Source: a bacterium
GTDB lineage: Bacteria > Verrucomicrobiota > Kiritimatiellia > RFP12 > UBA1067
Direction: 5' to 3'
Length of the DNA: 60,453 nt
Assembly (NCBI GenBank): GCA_025360845.1
Contig: JANYBJ010000148.1
Span: forward strand, 1-60,453
The notes below the pieces were generated by a model that was given only the letters and a program-made list of their open reading frames with translations, ran no database searches and had not been told where the DNA came from. The translations under genes were made by a program, and so were the position numbers. Of this stretch, positions 8,415 through 17,429 are shown piece by piece (the first letter of the stretch is position 1; each line of letters starts with the position of its first letter).

Positions 8415-10305
8415 GTTTTTCTTCACCAGGATCGTGACGGCGATCGGCGTACGGCTGCCGAGCCCGAAGATGCCGCCGCCTTCGCGTTGGCGAAGCTCGC
8501 CGCTCGTGCGGCAGTTCCCGCGCAGGTTGAAGACGTAGATGGCGGAAAATTCCTTCTGGATGGTCTTGCGGAAACCTGCCATGGCGTTGCCGTCGAGCCA
8601 CGCGCCGTTGGAGACGAAGGCCACGATGCCGCCGTTCTCGGGGTCGAGGCGGTCAGATGCCCAGCGGAAAGCCTTGATATAGGAGTCGTAAAGAGAACGG
8701 ACGAGCGTGGCGTCGCTGGCGGCGACGTAGGTGTCCTCGATACGCTTTTCGAGATTCGGGTAGCTCTGGTTCTGGGCATTGTCGTTGGCGGACTTCTGTC
8801 CGACGGAATACGGCGGGTTGCCGATGATGATGCGCAACGGGGCCTTGCGCTGGGCGCGGACGCGCTTGGAGTTGTCCACGAAGCCGTCGTTGAGATCAAG
8901 GGTGCCTTCGCCCTCGCCGAGCTGGAAGGTGTCGGTCAGGCAGACGCCCTCGAACGGCTGGTCGGGCTTGTCAGGCGTGCGCTCGTGATAGGCGTTCTCG
9001 ATGTTGATGGAGGCGATGTAATAGGCCAGGAGCACGATTTCGTTGGCGTGCAGCTCCTTGGCGTATTTGCGTTCGAGGGCCTTGCTGCTGATGAGACCGG
9101 ACTGCAGCAGGCGGGTCATGAAGGTGCCGGTGCCGGTGAACGGGTCGAGGATGTGGATGTTTTCGTCCGAGAGGTCGCGGTTGAATTCGCTCTTGAGCAC
9201 GTCGGCCACAGAGTGGAGCATGAAGTCCACGACCTCGACGGGCGTGTATACGATGCCGAGTTTTTCGACGACCTTGGGGAAGGCGGTCTTGAAGAACTTG
9301 TCGTACAGCTCGACGATGGTCTTCTGCTTGGCTTCGCCGTTGTCGATGCCCTTGGTGCGCATTTTGACGGATTCGTAGAACTCGTGCAGGATGACGCGGT
9401 CTTTTTCCAGCGTAAGGGCGGAGAGCTTGTCCAGCATGCCCTGCATGGCTTTCGAGACGGGGTTGTTCTCGACGAACTTGTAGTATTCGAAAAGGGCGTC
9501 GAAGACGGGCTTGGTGATGAGATGCTGGGCCAGCATCTGGATGGCGTCGTCCTGGGTGATGGACGGGTTGATGTTCTGGAGCAGGCCCTTGAGGAAGGTG
9601 TCGAAGGCCTTCTTTTGCGGGCCGCCCTGCGCGATGAAGGCGGTGATCTGCTCGATGTGGCGCTCGGCGATCTTGGCGACGTCCCGCGCCCACTGTTCCC
9701 AATAGCGCTTGTTGCCGACCTTCTCGACCATCTTGGCGAAGATGACGTGGCAGAGGGCGCCGAGGTCGGCGAAGTTCTTCTTCTGGACTTCGGCCTCGAA
9801 GCGGGTGCGGTCTTCGTCGTCCCAGGTCTGGCCGGCGGAGGAGCCGCCTTTGCTGTCGATGACCGTGACCTGGTCGGGCAGGCGCTTGCTGAGGTTGATC
9901 TTGTTGATGAGCGCGTCGAAGCGGTCGTCGTGGGCGCGGAGCGCGTTCAGGACGGTCCAGACCACGCGGAAGCGGTCGTTGTCGTCCAGCGCGTCTTCGG
10001 GGGCGGTGCCGGAAGGGATCAGCACGGGGATGATGATGTAGCCGTATTTCTTGCCGTGCGAGGTGCGCATGACGCGGCCGACCGACTGGACCACGTCGAC
10101 CTGCGAGTTGCGGGGCGAGAGGAAGAGCACGGCGTCGAGGGAGGGCACGTCCACGCCTTCGGAGAGGCAGCGCACGTTGCACAGGACGCGGCACTCGCGG
10201 CTGGACCGTCCGACGGATTTGAGCCAGGTCAGTTTCTCCTCGCGGGTCAGCGCGGACATGGTGCCGTCCACGTGGTCGGCGGTGACGTCGACCAGCGCCT
10301 TCTTT
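8322..10305 (-). pseudogene. Type ISP RM enzyme (SF2 helicase C-terminal part plus N6-adenine methyltransferase), N-terminally truncated
   Basis: CLSEGVDVPSLD, VDVVQSVGRVMR, GIVYTPVEVVDF, ILDPFTGTGTF, IIGNPPYS, YVFNLRGN. Nuclease and ATPase N-terminus absent; begins abruptly after an AT-rich patch at 10310-10435. Confidence 0.9.
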
Positions 10306-10435
10306 GCACGTACTCCCCTTGAAAAAAGTCTTAGGCAGACGCCACGCCGTCAGCAACAGACTCGGAATAATAAGTAGATTAAAAATATCAAACTTCCATA
10401 GTAGCGTCACTGCGAAACGAATACATAACTTTACG

Positions 10436-11812
10436 CTACAGGCCGGGCTCCCCTGAGTTGAGGAAAAGGTCTCGAGCCTCAGCGATGCACGAAAACCGTC
10501 CCTCCAGTTGCGCGTCGTAAAGTTCATTCAGCAAGGTGCCCATGTCCGGTCCGGGCCGCACGCCCCAAGCCAGCAGGTCGCGGCCGCGCACGAGCGGCTC
10601 GGGCAACACGGGTTCGGACGTGAACGACTCGTGGGCCTCTTTAAGAAAACGCCAGGTCGAGAAATCGTTGTTGCTGTGGAGGATGTCCAGACGCATCAGC
10701 TCCATCATCCGGGGGAAGTGCGGCATGCCCAAAAAACGGCGAAGCTTAGCGGGCCGCATTTTTTTTGCCTCCACGAAGTGCATGTGGCCCAGCACCAGCG
10801 CCTTCACCTCCGCGATCCGCGCCGAGGGCTGCCGCAACCGCAGCAGGAGCGATTCCGCCAGCTCCGCGCCGACCGCCGCGTGACAGGGGAAGCGGATGCG
10901 CGTGGCGCCCGAATCGGGCTCGACCGTTTCGCAGGAGGTCACGGGTTTGCCGATGTCGTGCAGCAGCACCGCCAGCGCCAGCACCGGGTCGCGCGGCGTT
11001 GCCAGCTCGTCCAGCATCAGACACGTGTGTGTCCAGACGTCGCCCTCGGGGTGGAACTGCGGCGGCTGCGCCGTCCCGGCCAGCGCCGCGACCTCGGGGA
11101 GGAAGTGCGCCAGCAGGCCGGTTTCGCGCAGAAGCGCCAGCCCGGCGGACGGCCGCGGCGACTCGCACAGCAGCCGGATGAACTCGGTCGCGATCCGCTC
11201 CGCGCTCACACTGCCGATCCAGTCCGCATGACGCTTCACCGCGGCGCAGGTTGCCGGCTCGATTTCAAAATCCAATACGGAGGCGAAGCGCACGGCCCGC
11301 AACAGCCGCAGATGGTCCTCGCGGAAACGCGCCTCGGGCTCGCCGATGGCCCGGATCACCCGTGCGCCGAGGTCGGCCAAGCCGCCCACATAGTCGATCA
11401 CTTCGCCGCTTTCGGGCTGGCAGAAAAGGCCATTCACCGTGAAGTCCCGGCGCTGCGCGTCGCCCTCGGCGGTGGCGAAGGTCACGCGCTCGGGGTGCCG
11501 TCCGTCGGCATACGCGCCGTCGGTGCGGAAGGTCGCGACATCGAACTGGAAGCCGTCGCGCCGGACCAGCACCACGCCGAACGCCTTGCCCACCGCCACG
11601 GTCTGTCTTGGGAAGAGCGCTTCGACCTGGTCCGGCGTGGCCGAGGTCGCGATATCGATGTCTTTGATGGCGCGTCCCAGCAATGCGTCGCGAACGCAGC
11701 CGCCCGCGAAGAGTGCCGAGGCTCCGGCGCGGGTCAGGTCGCGCGCCAGGCCGCGCGCGGCCGCCACCATCGCCGCGTCCGAGGGATGGAAACGTGTCGT
11801 CTGGGTATTCAT
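10436..11812 (-). CDS. cca: CCA tRNA nucleotidyltransferase / poly(A) polymerase family with HD domain
   Basis: GGCVRD, DIDIAT, RRDFTVN, EDHLRLLRAVRF, SAERI, HPEGDVWTH, LLHDIGKP. Confidence 0.9.
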   Translation of the reverse strand: MNTQTTRFHPSDAAMVAAARGLARDLTRAGASALFAGGCVRDALLGRAIKDIDIATSATPDQVEALFPRQTVAVGKAFGVVLVRRDGFQFDVATFRTDGAYADGRHPERVTFATAEGDAQRRDFTVNGLFCQPESGEVIDYVGGLADLGARVIRAIGEPEARFREDHLRLLRAVRFASVLDFEIEPATCAAVKRHADWIGSVSAERIATEFIRLLCESPRPSAGLALLRETGLLAHFLPEVAALAGTAQPPQFHPEGDVWTHTCLMLDELATPRDPVLALAVLLHDIGKPVTSCETVEPDSGATRIRFPCHAAVGAELAESLLLRLRQPSARIAEVKALVLGHMHFVEAKKMRPAKLRRFLGMPHFPRMMELMRLDILHSNNDFSTWRFLKEAHESFTSEPVLPEPLVRGRDLLAWGVRPGPDMGTLLNELYDAQLEGRFSCIAEARDLFLNSGEPGL

Positions 11813-11818
11813 GGCGTG

Positions 11819-13825
11819 TCACAACGGCTGCATGGGCGCGGGCTTGCCTTTATGGGAAACCGGGTGGGCCGCGAACTCGGCGTCGATGCAGGCGCGGATG
11901 AGTCGGGCCAATGCGGCCGCATCCGTGTTTTCCATCCGCGCCAACACTTTAGCCCAGCGGTAGGAGAAGGTCTTTTCGCCCTGCTTGCTGTGCTTGAACA
12001 GCGTGTCGAACGCGCGGCGGTTCTGGCGGTACTCCGACTGCATGCCGCGCAGGCGGTCGGCCAGGGCGTTCACATAGGTGTCGGCAAACGACTGGGGATT
12101 CGCGACGAAGCGGGCGCGCGAGATGACGGGCCGAGCGTATGCCGCGGCGAAGGCCTCCAGCTTTTTCTCGTAATCGACGAAGGTGCCCGCATGGTCGGCC
12201 ACAACGATCCGCTGCGGGTGGCCGACCTCGTCCATCAGGAGCATCTCGTCGCCTCGGTCGAACGTCACCTCACCCTCCTGGGTCGTGCGCCCGACGACCA
12301 GGTTGGGCGCGGCCGCCTGGCCGAGCAGACGCGCGAACCCTAGGGCGAACGCGTCGTCTCTGAGGCGGACGTCCGGGATCTTGTCGGTCGCCAGGCCGTT
12401 GATGAAATCCCGCTCGTAGTATGTCGTCCAAATGCGCGTGCCGTGGTACGCCGGATTGGCGCCCATGTAGGTTTCCGTCACGGTGCGGGTGTCGATGCGG
12501 CCCGGCAGCAGCATGCCCAGTTCCCAGCAGCCCAGCCGGCGGTCGAGGGTGTAGTCCGTGTAGTCTTGGGCCTCCATGATCGCCCAGAGCAGGTCTTTGC
12601 CCGCGTCGAGATGCTCGCGGATTCCCCACCGCTGGATACGGATGATCCGCAACACGGGCTTCTCCACGCCGCGGTGTTTGACTTCGGACAGGTAGGCGCG
12701 GTGGCCCCCGACCGGCGGGAGAAGCCGGAGGTCAGGCAGGAGTCCGCCGATGTTGACGTATTGGAGGGTTCCGAATTCGCGGATGTAGTTGCAGATGAAG
12801 CCCCTGATCCGCTGGTCGTTGAGGGCGACGGTAGAGGCCTCCGGAGACTTTTCGCCGGCTTCGCCGAAAGCGGAATCGAAAACCAACTCGCCGTTCTCAA
12901 TGCGTCCGCCCTGCAGCCAACGGATCTTATGGAAAAACTCGGGCGTGAGACCGCTCACCACCGTCTCCGCCAGCGTGTCGTTGGCCTCGTCGATCAGGCA
13001 GGCGAACATGCGGTTGCGCCAGAGCTGGACATGAGGCAAATCCTTATGAAAGACGTGGGGCACGGCTTTTTTAAAACAGTCGACCAGTTCCGCATGCCAG
13101 GCGCGGAGCTGATCCACAGGCGCGTGTACGATATCGCGCCCCTCAAAAGCCTTGTAGCCGAACGTGCCGTCCGACGCGAAGAACGCCACCTCGCGGTGGC
13201 CGATCCGGTTCCGCTGCGCCGAGTAATCCCTGATTTCTATCAAATGCTGGCGCAGGAACGGCTCGCCCAGCGTACTCAGCGAGTCCAGCGCCTGGACCGT
13301 CAAGTAGCGCGTGCCGGTAACGAAATTGTAATAGTAGAGCGCCAGACCCCCGAGTGCGAGCTTCGCTTTTTCAATCGTCGCAATGATTTCGGGGGTCTCT
13401 TGCGGCTCAGGGCTGATGCGCCAGTACTCGCCGCGCTCGCGGATGGCTTGCTGGACTTTGGCGTTCCGCGCGTTGAGAAAACGGATGTGAGGCTTGGTGG
13501 TCTTCTCCAGCAAGAGGTCGTCGCCCTGAAAGGCCAGCCCCATCTTGTCGGGCTCCGGACGGATCAGGATGTTGCGCCCGTCCATGATGAGGTCAACGGC
13601 GGACTCCCAGACCATCTCCTTGTCCTGATCTGAGAGCGGGGGCACCCCTTGGCTGCACCGCTGGCTGTCGAGCAGGCCGGTGTAATAAAGCCGCTGCATC
13701 GCATGGGTCATGCGGGGGAGCGTCACCAGAACGCGGGCATCGACGAAGAGCGTCCCGATGCGGCTTTTGAGTTTTCCCTCGGCATCGGTCGCCAAAGGGT
13801 GCTCGCCAAAGAGAGTCAGACTCAT
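11819..13825 (-). CDS. Hypothetical protein (668 aa)
   Basis: Long ORF with typical codon usage, AGGAGG SD, 6-nt gap to the CCA gene. Confidence 0.85.
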   Translation of the reverse strand: MSLTLFGEHPLATDAEGKLKSRIGTLFVDARVLVTLPRMTHAMQRLYYTGLLDSQRCSQGVPPLSDQDKEMVWESAVDLIMDGRNILIRPEPDKMGLAFQGDDLLLEKTTKPHIRFLNARNAKVQQAIRERGEYWRISPEPQETPEIIATIEKAKLALGGLALYYYNFVTGTRYLTVQALDSLSTLGEPFLRQHLIEIRDYSAQRNRIGHREVAFFASDGTFGYKAFEGRDIVHAPVDQLRAWHAELVDCFKKAVPHVFHKDLPHVQLWRNRMFACLIDEANDTLAETVVSGLTPEFFHKIRWLQGGRIENGELVFDSAFGEAGEKSPEASTVALNDQRIRGFICNYIREFGTLQYVNIGGLLPDLRLLPPVGGHRAYLSEVKHRGVEKPVLRIIRIQRWGIREHLDAGKDLLWAIMEAQDYTDYTLDRRLGCWELGMLLPGRIDTRTVTETYMGANPAYHGTRIWTTYYERDFINGLATDKIPDVRLRDDAFALGFARLLGQAAAPNLVVGRTTQEGEVTFDRGDEMLLMDEVGHPQRIVVADHAGTFVDYEKKLEAFAAAYARPVISRARFVANPQSFADTYVNALADRLRGMQSEYRQNRRAFDTLFKHSKQGEKTFSYRWAKVLARMENTDAAALARLIRACIDAEFAAHPVSHKGKPAPMQPL

Positions 13826-13848
13826 TTCACAACCTCCTGATGTTTAAG

Positions 13849-14286
13849 TCAGCTCAACACCCGTTTGCGCAGCCACACGTCGGGAGTCATGACGCGGACC
13901 ACCTTGGACGCGCGCTCGATCACCTCGGTGTCGTAGGTCAGCAGAACCGCATCCGACAGGTGGGCGACCGCCACGTAAACCGCATCCGCGCCGCGCAGGA
14001 AAAACGTCGCCGCGAAACGCTCCGCCGTTTCCGCACACTCCTCCGAAAGCGGTTGCCAGGCATGCCCGTTGAAACCGCGCACCCACTCGGCGGCCAGACG
14101 CCCCTGCCGCGCGTTGCGCGTCTTGCGGCCGATGGTGGCGGCCACCTCGACAGGCAGCAGCAGCGGCGAAAACAGGCGGGCCGATTTATCAGCCGCCCGC
14201 AGAAGGCACGCGCGGCAGGTTTTCGAGGCCGGATCATGCTCGTCTAACGCGCCCACCCAGATGTTCGCATCGAGGGTCAGTTTCAT
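13849..14286 (-). CDS. vapC: VapC-like PIN domain toxin
   Basis: LTLDANIWV, PVEVA, LRGADAVYVAVA, LLTYD; ATGA overlap with the antitoxin. Confidence 0.9.
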   Translation of the reverse strand: MKLTLDANIWVGALDEHDPASKTCRACLLRAADKSARLFSPLLLPVEVAATIGRKTRNARQGRLAAEWVRGFNGHAWQPLSEECAETAERFAATFFLRGADAVYVAVAHLSDAVLLTYDTEVIERASKVVRVMTPDVWLRKRVLS

Positions 14287-14561
14287 CGGCGGTCCGCCTG
14301 AAGAAGGGTTCGGCACGTCCGCTTGTCGACCGCCGCCTTGCTGATTTTCTCGGCCAGCGCTGCGGTCTCTCGCACCCAGTTATCCGCCCAGGCGCGTTTT
14401 TCTCCCGCTGTTGGCGCGTCGGGATATTCCAGGGATACGCTTCCGTCCAGCCACAGTTCATAAAGACGCTGGGTGACGGCGCGTATGGGCTGCCCGTCGA
14501 GTGAGCTTTTCGACTTCACCCGCCGGTAAAGCGCGTCGGGCAGTTCAATTGTGGTTTTCAT
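14283..14561 (-). CDS. Ribbon-helix-helix (VapB/CopG-like) antitoxin
   Basis: MKTTIELPDALYRRVK; directly upstream of the PIN toxin. Confidence 0.85.
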   Translation of the reverse strand: MKTTIELPDALYRRVKSKSSLDGQPIRAVTQRLYELWLDGSVSLEYPDAPTAGEKRAWADNWVRETAALAEKISKAAVDKRTCRTLLQADRR

Positions 14562-14568
14562 AACGAAG

Positions 14569-14599
14569 CCATATTCCCATATTCCCATATTGCTGTCAA
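14569..14599 (-). promoter_or_regulatory. TA promoter/operator with tandem AATATGGG repeats
   Basis: TTGACA followed by (AATATGGG)x2-AATATGG just upstream of the antitoxin ATG; no SD visible. Confidence 0.55.
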
Positions 14600-14636
14600 T
14601 GGAACGCCGGGCATGTTGCTCGCGTCATCGCGTATT

Positions 14637-14704
14637 CGTTTGTAGTGTTCCCGTCAGGGAATTCTTGGCAGTGCCGGAGAAGCGCCTCACGGCGCCACAA
14701 ACGG
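14637..14704. repeat. REP doublet, GTAGTG family (same family as those flanking the RAYT gene)
   Basis: cgtttgtagtgttcccgtcagggaa ... gagaagcgcctcacggcgccacaaacg. Confidence 0.8.
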
Positions 14705-14723
14705 TTGCTGCCAAACTCGTCAC

Positions 14724-17390
14724 TTACTGCTCTTTCAAAGCATCATCGAGCGCATAGGCTTTTCCGGCTTTTGTCGCGAGGGTCACGGTCTTCGCTCCGA
14801 GGCGGACGGTGCAGGGGCCGCCGATGGAGGAGCGGATGACCGTGCGGGTCAGCTTGCCCTGCTGCCACGCGAGATCGACCTCGAAGCCGCCGCGTGCGCG
14901 CAGGCCTTTGGCCGCGCCGTCCGGCCACGCCTGCGGCAGGGCGGGGAGCAGCACGAGCTCGCCCGAATGCGATTGCACCAGCATCTCGCAGACGGCGGCG
15001 GTGATGCCGAAGTTGCCGTCCATCTGGAAGGGCGGGTGGTTGGCGAAGAGGTTAGGCAGCGTGTTGTAAGTGAGCAGGCTGCGCACCATGCGGTGGGCGT
15101 TTTCGGGCTCGCCCAGCCGCGCCCACAGCGCGCAGCGCCAGGGCCACGTCCAACTGCGGCGGCTGTCGCCCGCTTCGCCGCGCGCGGCGAGCGAGACGGC
15201 GGCGGCCCTGGCCAGCTCGGGCGTCGCGCCCAGGCTGATCTGATGTCCCGGATAGACCGCGAAGAGGTGCGAGGTGTGGCGGTGCTGGTCTTTGGGGTCG
15301 TCGCGGTCTGTCATCCACTCCTGTAGCTGGCCCCACTTGCCGATCTTCGGGGTGACCAGCCGGTCGCGCAGCGCGGCGAGCGCGTCGCGGTACGGTTTGT
15401 CCGAGCCCAGCGCGTCGGCCGCGGTCACGGTGTTGTTGAAAAGGTCCCAGACGATCTCCTGGCTGTAGCTCACGCCGTCCTCGTCCGGGCCGTGTTCGGG
15501 CGACCAGCAGTTCGGGACGACCAGCCGTCCATCGGGCAACGCTTTGAGCTGGTCCTGCCAGAAATCGCAGACCTCCTTCATGATCGGGTAGGCGGTCTGC
15601 TTCAGATACGTTTTGTCGCCGGTGAAGGCGTAGTGCTCCCAAAGGTGCTGGCAGTACCAGGCGTTGGCGGTCTTGTCCCATTTCCAGCCGAGTCCGCCGA
15701 AGATGTTGTGCGAGGTGCGCACGGCCCAGCCGCGCGCGGGTGCGCCGCCGGCGGTGCGGAACTCCTTCTCCGCCTGCGTGGCTTTGCGCCAGACCGGGAG
15801 CTGGCTGCGGATGAGGTCGATGAAGGCCGTGTGGCAGTCGGCGAGGTTGGCGGGCTCGGCGGGCCAGTAGTTCATCTGGATATTGATGTTGGAGTGGTAG
15901 TCGCTGTGCCACGGCGGGTTGTTGCTGTCGTTCCAGAGCCCCTGCAGGTTGGCGGGCAGGGTGCCGGGACGCGAGCAGCCTTGCAGCAGGTAGCGGCCGT
16001 AGTGGAAGAGCAGGGCTTCGAGTTCGGGGTCGGGCGTGTCTTTGGCGTAGGCCGCGAGGCGTTCGTCGGTGGGCAGGTCGCGCTGGGCCGGGGCGGTCGC
16101 GCCGAGGTTCAGCGCCACCCGTCCCATGAATGCGGCGATGTCGGCGAGCTGCGCTTCGCGCAGCTTGGCGTAGGGCGTGGCGCCGGCGCGTTTGAGCTGC
16201 TCGCTGACGAGCGGTGCGGACGGAGCGCCCTTCCAGTTGCGGGCGGGGTCGGGCAGGTAGCTGGTGGCAGCCGCGAGGGTCAGCGTCAGCGCGTCGCACT
16301 TCTCGAAACGGCAGACGCCGTTCTTGCTTGAGGCCTTGCCGCCTTCGGCCGCCACACGCACGCGTGCCGCGTAATCGAGGCTGTTTTTGAAGCTGCCGTC
16401 AAAGGTCAGGTCGGTCGCGTCGGCGCGGGTTGTTTCCTGGTGCGCGCCTCCGAGTTTGACGGATCCGGTGAAGGCCCCGGGCTTGTCGGCTGTGAGGCGC
16501 ATCACGATCACCTGGTCGGGCGCGCTGGCGAAGGTCTCGCGCCGGAACGTGACTCCGCCCGCGGTGAAGGTGACGGTGTGCAGGCCGGTGGCAAGGTCCA
16601 GCGAGCGGCAGTAGTTCGCGGGCGTCGGCGGGGTCTTGTTCAGGTCGACGCCGGCCAGCCCGATCTCCGCCAGTTGGAAATGCGAATCCCCTTGGTTGGC
16701 GAGGAAGGCGAGACGATAACGGCGGAAGGGCTTCGGAGCCGACACCGAGTAGGTTTTCAGCTCGCCGCGCTTTTCGAAGGCGGGCTGATCCTCGCGGCGG
16801 TCGAGAGGTGTCCAGCTTGTGCCGTCGTTCGAACCGGACAGCTCCCACGTCTTGGGGTCGCGGTCCGGACGGTCCTCGGTTGCGGAGGTGAGCGTGTAGG
16901 CGGCAACGGCGGCGGGTTGCGGCAGGCGGGCCTCCCAGACTACGGGGGTGCCGCGGGGCTCCACGCACCACTTGGTCTCTTTGTTGCCGTCGGTCGAATA
17001 GGTGATACCCTCCGCGGCGTAATAGGGCGTGTGGTCGCTGGCGGCGAGGATCTCGGTCCGGTCGGGGGCGGATGCGTCCATGTCGATCCGCAGGTCGCCG
17101 AAGTTCTGGTACTCGCCCATGGAATCGTACTCGCCGGAGGGGTTCTCGTCGCCGGTCCAGAGCGAGTCCACGTTGAACTGGAGGTGCTCGCTGAAAGCCC
17201 CGCCGAAGAGCATGCAGCCGAGGCGGCCGTTGCCGAGGGGCAGGGCCTGACCCGACCACGCCTGTTCGGCGGCGGGCGCGCGGTACCAGAGCACAAGAGG
17301 CGCGGGTGCCGCAGTCGCGAGACCGAACGTGCTCATCAGGGTTGCAACGAAGACCAACCCTTTGCCGACTGCCACTGCTTGCTGTTTCAT
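14724..17390 (-). CDS. Glycoside hydrolase family 95 (alpha-L-fucosidase-like) with inserted F5/8 type C-like domain
   Basis: Signal peptide; [63 protein letters not shown]. Confidence 0.95.
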   Translation of the reverse strand: MKQQAVAVGKGLVFVATLMSTFGLATAAPAPLVLWYRAPAAEQAWSGQALPLGNGRLGCMLFGGAFSEHLQFNVDSLWTGDENPSGEYDSMGEYQNFGDLRIDMDASAPDRTEILAASDHTPYYAAEGITYSTDGNKETKWCVEPRGTPVVWEARLPQPAAVAAYTLTSATEDRPDRDPKTWELSGSNDGTSWTPLDRREDQPAFEKRGELKTYSVSAPKPFRRYRLAFLANQGDSHFQLAEIGLAGVDLNKTPPTPANYCRSLDLATGLHTVTFTAGGVTFRRETFASAPDQVIVMRLTADKPGAFTGSVKLGGAHQETTRADATDLTFDGSFKNSLDYAARVRVAAEGGKASSKNGVCRFEKCDALTLTLAAATSYLPDPARNWKGAPSAPLVSEQLKRAGATPYAKLREAQLADIAAFMGRVALNLGATAPAQRDLPTDERLAAYAKDTPDPELEALLFHYGRYLLQGCSRPGTLPANLQGLWNDSNNPPWHSDYHSNINIQMNYWPAEPANLADCHTAFIDLIRSQLPVWRKATQAEKEFRTAGGAPARGWAVRTSHNIFGGLGWKWDKTANAWYCQHLWEHYAFTGDKTYLKQTAYPIMKEVCDFWQDQLKALPDGRLVVPNCWSPEHGPDEDGVSYSQEIVWDLFNNTVTAADALGSDKPYRDALAALRDRLVTPKIGKWGQLQEWMTDRDDPKDQHRHTSHLFAVYPGHQISLGATPELARAAAVSLAARGEAGDSRRSWTWPWRCALWARLGEPENAHRMVRSLLTYNTLPNLFANHPPFQMDGNFGITAAVCEMLVQSHSGELVLLPALPQAWPDGAAKGLRARGGFEVDLAWQQGKLTRTVIRSSIGGPCTVRLGAKTVTLATKAGKAYALDDALKEQ

Positions 17391-17429
17391 CCTTTTTCCT
17401 CCTCAATCCGTTCTTGGAACACAGCCACT

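Noticed and set aside
10310-10435. tRNA or att site at the edge of the defence cluster
   Set aside because: AT-rich patch with no cloverleaf, no matching direct repeat found on the other side and no integrase.
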